A DNA stretch of 37,775 nt from Phycisphaerae bacterium (GTDB taxonomy: Bacteria; Planctomycetota; Phycisphaerae; UBA1845): assembly GCA_049605375.1 (NCBI GenBank), contig JBMYUM010000002.1, forward strand, positions 1 to 37,775, read 5' to 3'. This document shows, in pieces, positions 18,884 to 29,087 of the stretch (positions are counted from its first letter, which is position 1; each line of letters begins with the position of its first letter). The position numbers and the translations under genes are program-made. Under the pieces are notes generated by a model, which saw only the letters and a program-made list of their open reading frames with translations, was not told the DNA's origin and made no database searches.

Positions 18884-19405
18884 TCAATAGAGGATTTCCC
18901 GGGGCAGCTCAGCGCTGACGACCGGGATAATGTCGGCTGGCACAGTTTGCTTCAATGAAGCGAGCAATGCGCGTGTCGAAACAGCCTGTGCGTAGGTCAC
19001 TGTTTGCAATTGGGGATCAATGTCGAGGAAGATCTGAATGGCATCTCGGCCGGCTTGCAGACTGGTTGCATCCTGCACGGTCGTGCGTCCGTCGACCGCA
19101 ACATGAAAATGCCACGACTCCGACTCAGAGCCACCAGCCGTCCGGGAAGACTGCGATCTGGCCGAAAGCAGCATGGCGCCCGTTCGAACCTGACCACCAT
19201 CAATCTCAATGCTGAGCCAATCGCGATCATGGAGCCACACGGCGTCAGCAACCGCTTCAGAAGCCAAGCGTTCTAACGTATCCACATTGTAAGCTGGATG
19301 CCCTTGGGGAAGCGACGGATCAAGCCAGGTCAACAAGGCAGACATACCGGTCATGCTGAATACCAGGCATCCCAAAACAGTCAGCATGCGTGTTTGTCTT
19401 TCCAT
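18884..19405 (-). CDS. Hypothetical membrane-anchored protein, possibly a degenerate amidase_2/PGRP-like fold
   Basis: ATG start and an N-terminal hydrophobic segment (MLTVLGCLVFSMTGMSALLTW). WHFHVAVDGRTTVQD and AIQIFLDID...TYAQAVSTRALLASLKQ loosely resemble the YHFxIxxDG and IGIxLxG...QxxxLxxL segments of N-acetylmuramoyl-L-alanine amidase domains. I see no obvious Zn ligands. Confidence 0.45.
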   Translation of the reverse strand: MERQTRMLTVLGCLVFSMTGMSALLTWLDPSLPQGHPAYNVDTLERLASEAVADAVWLHDRDWLSIEIDGGQVRTGAMLLSARSQSSRTAGGSESESWHFHVAVDGRTTVQDATSLQAGRDAIQIFLDIDPQLQTVTYAQAVSTRALLASLKQTVPADIIPVVSAELPREILY

Positions 19406-19815
19406 GATCCCGCGTTCCCAGTGCTGGTCGTTGTGTTCGTCGGCGCAATCTCGACAGTGTTTTGATCACATTCACGCTGAACTGATACCCCCGCCCATTC
19501 GATCGCTGCGATACCGCGTCTTGCGACACACGTATTTAGCAGCAGACGGCTACCCGATGAAACCCTCAGCGGAAATCGATCAAGCAATGACCGCATACAA
19601 GAATTGGGTAACACTAAGCTCGGGGATGCAGCCGGTGCATACCGGCCACAAAGAAGTCATCGGCGAATTGTGACAAAAAACTTTACTGGTTGAGCCAATC
19701 TAATGCTGACAAATAAGAGCCTTGAACCTTAGCTCGCGATGAGTGCCGCGCACGTGACGCTCGTTGCGCGATAAGAACGAATTGCCAGCATGAAGTCAGC
19801 CAATGGCGACCGTCG

Positions 19816-20622
19816 TTACTTACCGCAGTAGTCGATGATTCGAGCAATTTCACGTCGAAGATCGGCACGATGAACGATTCGATCGACAAAGCCATGTTTC
19901 AGCATGAACTCCGCAGTCTGAAACCCTTCCGGCAACTCGGCATTGATCGTGTTGGCAATGACGCGGGGTCCGGCAAAGCCGATCATGGATCCGGGCTCAG
20001 CAAGGATGATGTCACCAAGACTTGCAAAACTGGCAGCCACACCGGCTGTGGTCGGGTCGGTGGCAACCACAATATATAGACCACCGGCATCGTCGAGCCG
20101 CGCCAGAGCAGCAGATGTCTTCGCCATTTGAACCAGCGACACCATCCCCTCCTGCATGCGCGCACCGCCTGATGCCGTCACCAGGACCAAGGGAAGATTG
20201 TCCTCGATTGCCTGTTCAATTGCGCGCGTCACCTTTTCACCGACAACCGCACCCATGGATGCCATAATGAACGCAGGGTTCATCACACCGACCACGACGG
20301 GGCGCCCGCGTACAAACGCCTTCCCAACCACGATCGCATCGTGCTCGCCCGTTTTCTCCTGGATCTTGGCGAGGCGCTCCTTGTACGGAACACGATCACG
20401 GAAATTCAACGGGTCGATGGATCGCAGATCGTGTGCAAACTCTTCAAACGAATCGGGATCGCACAACTGCTGAATTCTCGTGCGCGCATTGACGCGGCGA
20501 TGGTGCCCGCATTCGGGGCATACGTGCAGGGCTTCCTCGACCTCTTTCTCATATACCATGTGGCCGCAGGCGTCGCAGCGTGTCCAAAGACCGGCAGGTA
20601 CGTCAATTCGTTCTTGCGACAT
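19816..20622 (-). CDS. accD: Acetyl-CoA carboxylase carboxyltransferase beta subunit
   Basis: N-terminal C4 zinc ribbon [26 protein letters not shown], plus GGARMQEG and the carboxyltransferase core. The ORF-track start at 20847 overlaps the upstream gene. The ATG at 20622 ([13 protein letters not shown]) lies 5 nt after that gene's stop. Confidence 0.93.
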   Translation of the reverse strand: MSQERIDVPAGLWTRCDACGHMVYEKEVEEALHVCPECGHHRRVNARTRIQQLCDPDSFEEFAHDLRSIDPLNFRDRVPYKERLAKIQEKTGEHDAIVVGKAFVRGRPVVVGVMNPAFIMASMGAVVGEKVTRAIEQAIEDNLPLVLVTASGGARMQEGMVSLVQMAKTSAALARLDDAGGLYIVVATDPTTAGVAASFASLGDIILAEPGSMIGFAGPRVIANTINAELPEGFQTAEFMLKHGFVDRIVHRADLRREIARIIDYCGK

Positions 20623-20626
20623 AACA

Positions 20627-21295
20627 TTACTCACTTTCCGTACTCTCCTGATTTGCCGAAGCCCCCACGGTACCGATTTCAAGAATGGATTCAAATGACC
20701 AGGCGCCGTTATGTGCGGTTTTCTGATCTTCACCTTCGCGGACGCGATAGATGACGGGGCCGGCTGCATCGGCCAGCTCGGGAACCGGGGACTGCTCGTC
20801 CTCGACGATTCGCCGCACCAGGCGAAACGCCAGCGGCCCCAGGACAACCGCAGGCAACTGGCCGTCCGCCTTGCTGATAATCGTCTCGATCGCCTGCATC
20901 AGCCGGCTGCCCGCTTCATGCAGGTCCTCGCCTTCCGGTGGACAGATGCCCAGCGGCTCTTCGCGCCAGCGCTTGTAGACTTTCGGGTATCGCCGCGAAA
21001 ATTCGTCAGCCGTCAGCCCCTGCCACAATCCCACATCAATTTCTTCCAACTCCGAAACCACGCGTCGCTTCGCCTGATGGAACTCTGCAATGATCTGCGA
21101 GGTCTCATCAGAGGCTTGTTCGCTGCTCGCCGCCACGTGTGTCGGCTTGTGCACGCCCATTTCCTGGGCCCAGGTCAGCGTCGCGCGACGACCATCAGCC
21201 GTCAACGAAAGAGGTGTTCTTCCCGCGAGCCGACCACCGGCACTCCAGGGTGTGGCTCCCCAGGGAACCAATATGAGATATTTCGGATCAAGCAT
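20627..21295 (-). CDS. Histidine-phosphatase-superfamily (PGM-like) protein with degenerate catalytic motifs
   Basis: The fold-level pattern is conserved: [11 protein letters not shown]...[57 protein letters not shown] is replaced by PWG, the second Arg by Ser, and the C-terminal SHG by LGP. I prefer the ATG at 21295 over the TTG at 21313. Confidence 0.65.
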   Translation of the reverse strand: MLDPKYLILVPWGATPWSAGGRLAGRTPLSLTADGRRATLTWAQEMGVHKPTHVAASSEQASDETSQIIAEFHQAKRRVVSELEEIDVGLWQGLTADEFSRRYPKVYKRWREEPLGICPPEGEDLHEAGSRLMQAIETIISKADGQLPAVVLGPLAFRLVRRIVEDEQSPVPELADAAGPVIYRVREGEDQKTAHNGAWSFESILEIGTVGASANQESTESE

Positions 21296-21309
21296 GCTCT
21301 TCTCGGATC

Positions 21310-22044
21310 TCAAGCCTCAGGGATCGCAAAGTTGGCGTGGCGTCGCGCAAGGCTGTCAAGTTCTTGAAAGGCCGCAACAGGATCTTCGCGACCAAAAACT
21401 GCGGTTCCCGCGACAAACATATCAGCCCCGGCTTCGGATGCCGCCGCGATCGTCGTCGCATCGATTCCGCCGTCGATCTCCAGCCGTTGATGCGTCGCCA
21501 GCCGTTGCGACAAGTCAACCACTTTCGGTAGCACATCAGGGATGAACTTCTGCCCACCGAACCCCGGCCAGACACTCATGACCAGCACCAGATCCACAGC
21601 TGGAAGAATGGATTCGATCGCACTGACCGGCGTCGTCGGATTGATAGACACACCGACCGCCATTCCAAGGGATCGAATGTGGTCGACGACTTCCGCGGGC
21701 TCATCCGCAACTTCGATATGAAACGTCAGCAGGTCGCAACCGGCATCAGCAAAGTCCTTGGCATATTTCTTCGGCTCCGAAATCATCAGGTGTGTATCGA
21801 GATACATATCCGAGCACGTCTTCACATGCTTGATGATACCGGGACCGAAACTGATATTCGGTACGAAGTGACCATCCATGACGTCGAGATGCAAGGCTTC
21901 GGCACCCGCTCCCTCGATCATGGTGATTTGATCGCGCAATGTTGTGAAATCGGCAGCCAACAACGAAGGCGCGATACGAATTTGTTTTTCTGCCAGAGCA
22001 AAGTCGGTCATGGTTTCAGCGTCGCGTGTCGAATTCTCGCTCAT
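21310..22044 (-). CDS. rpe: Ribulose-phosphate 3-epimerase
   Basis: IAPSLLAADF, HLDVMDGHFVPN, MSVWPGFGGQKF and EIDGGI motifs. Its ATG overlaps the pgk stop (ATGA). Confidence 0.95.
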   Translation of the reverse strand: MSENSTRDAETMTDFALAEKQIRIAPSLLAADFTTLRDQITMIEGAGAEALHLDVMDGHFVPNISFGPGIIKHVKTCSDMYLDTHLMISEPKKYAKDFADAGCDLLTFHIEVADEPAEVVDHIRSLGMAVGVSINPTTPVSAIESILPAVDLVLVMSVWPGFGGQKFIPDVLPKVVDLSQRLATHQRLEIDGGIDATTIAAASEAGADMFVAGTAVFGREDPVAAFQELDSLARRHANFAIPEA

Positions 22045-23270
22045 CGATTTTCCAGAACATCCAGCGCAGCGAACGATCCGTGTTCCAGCAACTCAAGGGA
22101 TGCACCACCTCCGGTGGAAACGTGGCTCATCTTTTCATCAAGGCCCGCCTGCTCTACGGCTGCGGCGCTATCGCCGCCACCAACGACGCCAATGGCACCA
22201 CTCGAGCAAACCTCAGCCATGATTTTCGCGAGCTCATTGGTTGCGTGATCAAACGGTGGGTGCTCGAACGCGCCCATCGGCCCGTTCCAAAATACGGTTC
22301 GTGCCTTCTGCAGTACTTCGGAGAATGCCGCCAACGACGATGGGCCAATATCGAGCCCCATCAAATCGTCGGGAATGTCGCCCGCATGGACGGTCACATG
22401 ATCACCGTCACTCAAACTCGTGCTGCACGCAGAGTCTACCGGCAGAACGATCTGGTCACGATAGTCGGCCAACAACTCACGGGCTGTTTTCATCAGGTCC
22501 GGCTCAACCAGACTCCGTCCGATCTTGGCACCGTCGGCAGCCAGGAATGTGTATGCCATGGCACCGCCGATCAGGATCTTGTCACACTTCTGCAAGAGCG
22601 CCCTTGTGACCCCCAGTTTGTCTGAGACTTTCGCGCCGCCGAGAATGCACACAAAGGGGCGTTCGGGGTCGCGGGTAAGAGGACCAAGAAACGCGAGCTC
22701 TTTCTCGACAAGGAACCCGACACCACGGGGACGATCGAGCATCTGCTGGGGAACCGTCAACATACTTGCGTTGCAACGATGGCAAGTACCGAACGCATCA
22801 TTCACATAGGCATCGGCGTGAACTGAGAGCCCCTTGGCAAACGCATCCTTGCGTGCGCGCAGTTCAGGATCAGTCGCGGCTTTCTTATCCTTGATCGTCT
22901 CCTCTTCATGGAAGCGAAGATTCTCAAGAAGCAGCACACCGCCCGGCTCGACACGTGAAACGGCGTCGTCTGCCGCCGCACCAATGCACGCCGGCACAAA
23001 CGCGACCGGCTGCCCCAGCACTTCGGCCATTCGTTGCGCAACGGGCGCCAGAGACAATCGCTGCCGATCCTCATCAGTCTTGGGCCGGCCCAGGTGAGAC
23101 ATCAGGACCAACCGTGCACCGCCTTCGATCAGGTGGCGTATGGTCGGCACACATGCCGTAATTCGACGGTCATTGGTGATTGTGCCGTCGTCGCCAAGGG
23201 GCACGTTCAAGTCAAGGCGTGCCAGAACGCGCTGCCCCTTGACATCCATTTCCTTGATGGATCGTTTCAT
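22041..23270 (-). CDS. pgk: Phosphoglycerate kinase
   Basis: RLDLNVPL, SHLGRPK, GGGDSAAAV and STGGGASLELLE motifs. It starts 2 nt after the gap stop. Confidence 0.97.
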   Translation of the reverse strand: MKRSIKEMDVKGQRVLARLDLNVPLGDDGTITNDRRITACVPTIRHLIEGGARLVLMSHLGRPKTDEDRQRLSLAPVAQRMAEVLGQPVAFVPACIGAAADDAVSRVEPGGVLLLENLRFHEEETIKDKKAATDPELRARKDAFAKGLSVHADAYVNDAFGTCHRCNASMLTVPQQMLDRPRGVGFLVEKELAFLGPLTRDPERPFVCILGGAKVSDKLGVTRALLQKCDKILIGGAMAYTFLAADGAKIGRSLVEPDLMKTARELLADYRDQIVLPVDSACSTSLSDGDHVTVHAGDIPDDLMGLDIGPSSLAAFSEVLQKARTVFWNGPMGAFEHPPFDHATNELAKIMAEVCSSGAIGVVGGGDSAAAVEQAGLDEKMSHVSTGGGASLELLEHGSFAALDVLENR

Positions 23271-23272
23271 AT

Positions 23273-24358
<1,086 letters not shown>

Positions 24359-24600
24359 TTATCTGGAAGTTCCCAGGCCTCGAGCGCACGAATCGTGCCG
24401 GCAACGAGGGCCATGCGCCGTAGCTTAAACGACAGAATAAAGAAGGGCTGCCACCGCAACCCCCTCCGCATCCTGCTCGCTGAAGCTAGAATTGGTAAGG
24501 CTAAGAGTTGAGATTCGATCGGTCAAGATGCTGCAGTTGCGCCAAAGGCCGGCCGAAGATCAGATCGAAGGGTAACCGTAACGTCAGATGGGACCTCGCC

Positions 24601-25074
24601 ATGTCATTGTTCCCGGAACTCGACCGCTTTGAAGATAAGCAACAACGAATGCAGATCAGTCAGCAGGCGTGGCAACGGCAGCTGAGCCGTCCCATGTTCT
24701 GGATTGGCCTACTTCTCTATGGAGCTCTCATGGTAGTCTTCGTCTACGGCATGATGACGCAGGTCGCGCGTCGCATTCCCATCCCCACCTATCTCTACGG
24801 CGGAATCGTAGGCGGCGTGTTCGGGGGTGGATTCATGGCGTGGCTGCAGTGGTTGCTGCGAGAACCGATCCGCCGCGAACTCCGGCGGAAACTCAACGAG
24901 GAAGGCATGCCCACCTGTGTGGGCTGCGGCTACGACATGCGCGGCAGCATCGGCGGGCGTCAGCCGGAGGAACATCAATCAAGCCCAAGTGCAGAACGCC
25001 CAAGTGCCGAACGCCCAACGAATGCCGACTGCCCGGAGTGTGGTCGCAAGTCTGCTACGACCAGCCTCCGTTAG
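24601..25074 (+). CDS. Hypothetical two-TM membrane protein with C-terminal zinc-ribbon-like CxxC pairs
   Basis: ATG at 24601 (MSLFPELDRF). Two hydrophobic helices (MFWIGLLLYGALMVVFVYGMM, LYGGIVGGVFGGGFMAWLQWLL) are followed by CVGCGYDMRG ... CPECG. It contains a tandem SAERPSAERP duplication. Confidence 0.55.
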   Translation: MSLFPELDRFEDKQQRMQISQQAWQRQLSRPMFWIGLLLYGALMVVFVYGMMTQVARRIPIPTYLYGGIVGGVFGGGFMAWLQWLLREPIRRELRRKLNEEGMPTCVGCGYDMRGSIGGRQPEEHQSSPSAERPSAERPTNADCPECGRKSATTSLR

Positions 25075-25135
25075 CGGCAGGGAACAGCCGTCTGCCCCCA
25101 CTCCGACTCCTGGAATCAACGACTCCCGGAAGCGC

Positions 25136-26446
25136 CTACTCCTGGAAGCGCCGAATCACCAACGTATCGTTCTGACCGCCGAATCCAAAACTGTTGGACA
25201 AGGCAACCTCGACCTGCTTATCACGAGGCGTATTCGGAACGTAGTCCAAATCGCAGTTAGGATCGGATTCCTTGTAGTTGATGGTTGGTGGCACCTTACC
25301 ATCGCGGATGGCAAGCACGCAGGTGATCAACTCGACCGCACCGGCGGCAGCAATCAGGTGGCCGATCATGCTCTTGATGCTGCTGATCGCCAGGGAATAT
25401 GCATGCTCACCGAAGACACGCCGCACCGCCAGCGTCTCGATCTTATCGTTTTCCTCCGTTCCGGTACCATGGGCCGAAACGTAGTCGACGTCTTCCGGGC
25501 TGAGACCTGCGTCGCTCAAGGCAGACCGCATCGCCGCAATCGGACCTCTTCCCTCTTCGTGAATATCGGTGATACGAAACGCGTCAGCCGTTGAACCATA
25601 CCCCACGACTTCGGCGAGTATTTCGGCCCCGCGAGCCTTAGCATGCTCCAACTCTTCAAGAATGAGGATGCCCGCCCCCTCTCCAAGAACAAACCCATCT
25701 CGGGTCCGATCAAACGGACGGGACGCGGTCAGGCAGGAATCGTTACGCGTGGACAATGCGGTGAGGCGATTAAATCCTGTTACGCCCAACGGATGAATCA
25801 TGCTGTGCGTACCACCGGAAATCATGATGTCTGCGTCGCCGTACCGGATCAGTGCAGACGCTTCGCCAATCGCCTGCGTGCTCGCCGCACAAGCTGTTAA
25901 CGTGTTCAAGCTGGGCCCCTGTGCCTTGAATTGCACCGCCAGATGGCCCGCCGCAAGATTGGGGTCTTGTTCCAGTTCGTTGTGCGGATCAAGTCGGCGC
26001 AGCGCTTCTTCCGCCCAGCGAACGGTATTGAGGCTGTCAAAACCAGACTCACCGTGCCAGCAGCCGGACAGTGCAGCCGCCGAGAACGGATCAAAGTCCA
26101 GCGGGCCTTCGCCACCACCGAGGTAGACCCCGATTCGTGTGCGATCGATCAGACCATCCACTTCGAGACCGGCCTTCTTCCAGGCCATCGAGCACGCGGC
26201 AAGCGCAAACCTGGAATTCCGGCTTGCATGCTCATGCCGAGCGGCGTCTTGACCAAGGTAGTTCTCAAGCTTGCATTCTTTGACCTCAGACGTGAAGGTG
26301 GTCGGGAACGTCGACGCGTCAAAAAGCGTTGTCGGAGCAATCCCGCACTCACTCTTGAGCATGCGCCCCCACACTTCGTCGATACTGTCGCCCAGGGGTG
26401 TGACCCAACCGACTCCGGTGATGACTACTCGGCGGTTCATCGTCAT
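25136..26446 (-). CDS. Beta-ketoacyl-ACP synthase (FabF/KAS II-like), catalytically complete
   Basis: Cys-His-His triad present: LTACAASTQAIGEA, VSAHGTGT, SIKSMIGHLIAAAG. C-terminal NSFGFGGQN. Its ATG overlaps the stop of the upstream KS-like gene (ATGA). Confidence 0.92.
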   Translation of the reverse strand: MTMNRRVVITGVGWVTPLGDSIDEVWGRMLKSECGIAPTTLFDASTFPTTFTSEVKECKLENYLGQDAARHEHASRNSRFALAACSMAWKKAGLEVDGLIDRTRIGVYLGGGEGPLDFDPFSAAALSGCWHGESGFDSLNTVRWAEEALRRLDPHNELEQDPNLAAGHLAVQFKAQGPSLNTLTACAASTQAIGEASALIRYGDADIMISGGTHSMIHPLGVTGFNRLTALSTRNDSCLTASRPFDRTRDGFVLGEGAGILILEELEHAKARGAEILAEVVGYGSTADAFRITDIHEEGRGPIAAMRSALSDAGLSPEDVDYVSAHGTGTEENDKIETLAVRRVFGEHAYSLAISSIKSMIGHLIAAAGAVELITCVLAIRDGKVPPTINYKESDPNCDLDYVPNTPRDKQVEVALSNSFGFGGQNDTLVIRRFQE

Positions 26447-27786
26447 GAGGCCTCCTGATACTTCTTAATGACCAATGCGGCACACTGCCCACCTGCCAGA
26501 GCATAACTAGCCGAGATCGCCTGCATGACAGGTACATCCCGGGCATCTCCCTGGACAAAGTTGAAGCCACATCCATCCAACAAATCGTCCGTGTTATGTG
26601 ACACGGGAACCGTATTACGATTCAGTGCCATCGCCATGGCAGCGATGTCCAAGGCTCCCGAACCGGCGCCATTGTTTCCAAGAGCGCCACGGGTAGTCAG
26701 TGCAACCGTACTTGAGAGATTGTCGCCAAACACGTCCGTCCAGGCCTTCAATTCCGATCGATCAAAATCCGGAATGCCTGTGCCAAAGGGATTGAGAAGT
26801 TGACAGTCATCTGCGCTGGTACCTGAATCTGCGAGCGCTTTGCGAAGGGCAATAGACAAGGCCGTTCCATCATCAACGCCGGACCACGTTTGAATACTGC
26901 TGCTCGCGCCGAATCCTGCCAATTCCGCGTAAATGCGAGCACCGCGTGCTTTCGCATGCTCCAGCGATTCAAGAATGATCAAACCACCGCCTTCCGCGGC
27001 GACCGTACCCGACGCTTGACGACCAAACGGCCGACAGGCACCGGTCGGATCATCATTTGAATCTGACGATAGCCGACCACAAAGCGCAGGTCGTGCCATG
27101 GCCATCGGATTCATTTTTGATTCCGCCCCACCGCAGATGCAGACATCCGCAGCGCCGCGAGCAATCGTCCGGTAGGCTTCACCAATCGCAAGATGGCTGG
27201 ACGCTTCGGAGCATGTAATCGTATTCGATGGTGCTTGCGCATCGTGAACAATGGTGACGTGACACGCCAACATGTTGGGAAGAAACTTGAGCAGCCAGAG
27301 TGGCGTGAGATTGCTCATCCCTTCCCGCCCCCACGTCTGAATGTCAAAACGACCCGAGTCGTCAACCGCCGTGCTCAACGCCCCGGCGAGCTCTGTCAAA
27401 TCTGCACAGACAAGCCCTGCGCCAATGTTGGCGCCAAATCGCGAGCTCGCAACATTGGGGGGACCTTCAGACTCCCCACGATCAACAATGCATTTGGTCA
27501 CCAGCCCGGCGTCACGAACCGCATGATACGCCGCCACCACCGCGATCTTGATATCACGCGACATGACCTTGGCACTCTTACGGTACGACTTGGGAATGTG
27601 ATCACCAAGTTGAAACGCAGGAAGCTCACCGCCGACTTGCGAAGGCAATCCGCCGGGATCAAAACTCTCCACCCGACCAATTCCGGATTCCTTGCGAATT
27701 AGGGCGTCCCAGAACGGCTCGATGCCGATCCCGATGGGTGATGCCACACCAAGCCCGGTTATGACGACGCGTCGATCTGATGCCAT
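26443..27786 (-). CDS. Ketosynthase-like partner subunit (chain-length-factor-like), predicted catalytically inactive
   Basis: Thiolase-fold KS homolog (RRVVITGLGVASPIG ... ICGGAES ... AEGGGLIILESLEHAKARGA). Anchoring on [GA]P...IGEA, the active-site Cys aligns to Glu (APSNTITCSEASSHLAIGEA, codon 27207-27205). HGTGT becomes NPFGTG and GH becomes GN. ATG at 27786, GTG alternative at 27789. Confidence 0.85.
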   Translation of the reverse strand: MASDRRVVITGLGVASPIGIGIEPFWDALIRKESGIGRVESFDPGGLPSQVGGELPAFQLGDHIPKSYRKSAKVMSRDIKIAVVAAYHAVRDAGLVTKCIVDRGESEGPPNVASSRFGANIGAGLVCADLTELAGALSTAVDDSGRFDIQTWGREGMSNLTPLWLLKFLPNMLACHVTIVHDAQAPSNTITCSEASSHLAIGEAYRTIARGAADVCICGGAESKMNPMAMARPALCGRLSSDSNDDPTGACRPFGRQASGTVAAEGGGLIILESLEHAKARGARIYAELAGFGASSSIQTWSGVDDGTALSIALRKALADSGTSADDCQLLNPFGTGIPDFDRSELKAWTDVFGDNLSSTVALTTRGALGNNGAGSGALDIAAMAMALNRNTVPVSHNTDDLLDGCGFNFVQGDARDVPVMQAISASYALAGGQCAALVIKKYQEAS

Positions 27787-28388
27787 CACTCTATCGATGC
27801 CTCCATTTCGCCGGACTTCAGGCCGGTCGGCGACCCGGCGGGTGATCCATCATTCGCTGGACCATCTGACTTATCAGGGGGTTGAATACCACCACCGGCC
27901 GATTTATTCCCCAGATCAATTCCATGTGTTGCACGGAAATCGTCGACGAGGTGCATGAACTGATCCGTAAAGACGAAATTGTGCTCAGGCAAGCCGACCG
28001 CGTTGGCACCGTTGACATGCGAAAAAATCAAATCAATCGTGCCTGCAGGCTCTCCCTCGATCAAGACTTTTCCACTCGTGATGGCAGCCTGATCATCAAC
28101 ACTGACAATCGTCGCGTCGTACCGAATTTGTTGGCCGGGAAAGGCGTAGCGCGCCAACTCGACATGACGCAGTTTCGCCAACACGACGTTCTCGCGAAAG
28201 CCACGACTCTCTCCCACGAGGATGCCGGCCGTTTGTGCCATACCCTCGACCATCAACGTCGGTGGAAAGACCGGCCAATGGGGAAAATGGTCGTGGAGAA
28301 TCTCCTCTGCCAGCGTCACATTCTTCACGGAAGATGCCGACTGACCCGGTGAAAACGCCACCAAAGAATCGATCCAAATCCATCTCAT
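27786..28388 (-). CDS. FabZ/FabA-like (hot-dog fold) 3-hydroxyacyl-ACP dehydratase
   Basis: HDHFPHWPVFPPTLMVEGMAQTAG matches the FabZ HFPxxPVxPG...E..AQ motif, with the catalytic His and Glu present. The ATG at 28388 (MRWIWID) has GAGGAAAA upstream. The ORF-track start at 28529 is an unsupported extension. It has a low-complexity G/P/S C-terminal tail. Its stop overlaps the next start. Confidence 0.8.
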   Translation of the reverse strand: MRWIWIDSLVAFSPGQSASSVKNVTLAEEILHDHFPHWPVFPPTLMVEGMAQTAGILVGESRGFRENVVLAKLRHVELARYAFPGQQIRYDATIVSVDDQAAITSGKVLIEGEPAGTIDLIFSHVNGANAVGLPEHNFVFTDQFMHLVDDFRATHGIDLGNKSAGGGIQPPDKSDGPANDGSPAGSPTGLKSGEMEASIE

Positions 28389-28938
28389 AGCCGTCTGGTT
28401 TTCCTCTACTTGCAGACTAACGGTCGTACCGTGGCTAAGCAAGATGCGCGCCAATCCGCGCGACAACATGCCGAAGCAAACCACGAAGGGTAACATCTCC
28501 GCACCAGAACAACAAGAAACCCAGGGCACCGGTTGGGGATAATAGCGCCACCCTCAAAATCGGGGCGTCAATCGAATGAGGCACGCAACGTATTTGCTCT
28601 TCGATTGGCGCATTGTTCATGACGGCCTGAGGCACTCGGCAACAACGGGCGCGCACCGGAACTTTACAAGCAAGTTTCTGCGGGGTGTGAATTATCTATC
28701 GTTGAAAAGGCAGAAGTGTTGTGGATAGCCGAAGCTACCGACACGATTTGCCCACATGCACGAGCCTCGCGAGCCCGAATCCGCACGTGCGATCCATGAC
28801 GTCACCGCGCAGTGTTCAGCTCCTGGCGAAACACTGATCGACGCATCTGGTAATCGAGCTGGAAGAGCCTCGATACCTCCCGCCTCATGCGATTCGTACA
28901 TCGGCGAGAGCATCCTCGGTGCGAGAAGGCGCTACAGC

Positions 28939-28982
28939 ATCCAACATCGCGCTGGACGTTATCCAACATCGCGCTGGACGTT
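28939..28982. repeat. Perfect 22-nt tandem duplication in a non-coding gap
   Basis: atccaacatcgcgctggacgtt (28939-28960) is repeated exactly at 28961-28982. Each copy holds an imperfect palindrome AACATC-N6-GACGTT. Confidence 0.95.
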
Positions 28983-29087
28983 GAAGCGTGATCACACCAT
29001 CGGACGCATGATCACACGGTCGCGACCTGCCAGCCGCCGCGGGCAGGGATCAATACAACCCGTGCGCCGCGATTGCCGGTCTCGTCG

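Noticed and set aside
19353-19673. 106-aa plus-strand ORF in the region between the 173-aa hypothetical gene and accD.
   Set aside because: It overlaps the start of the minus-strand hypothetical gene and has a Cys/Arg/Ser-rich composition with no motif or RBS. The 19406-19815 interval is left as non-coding.
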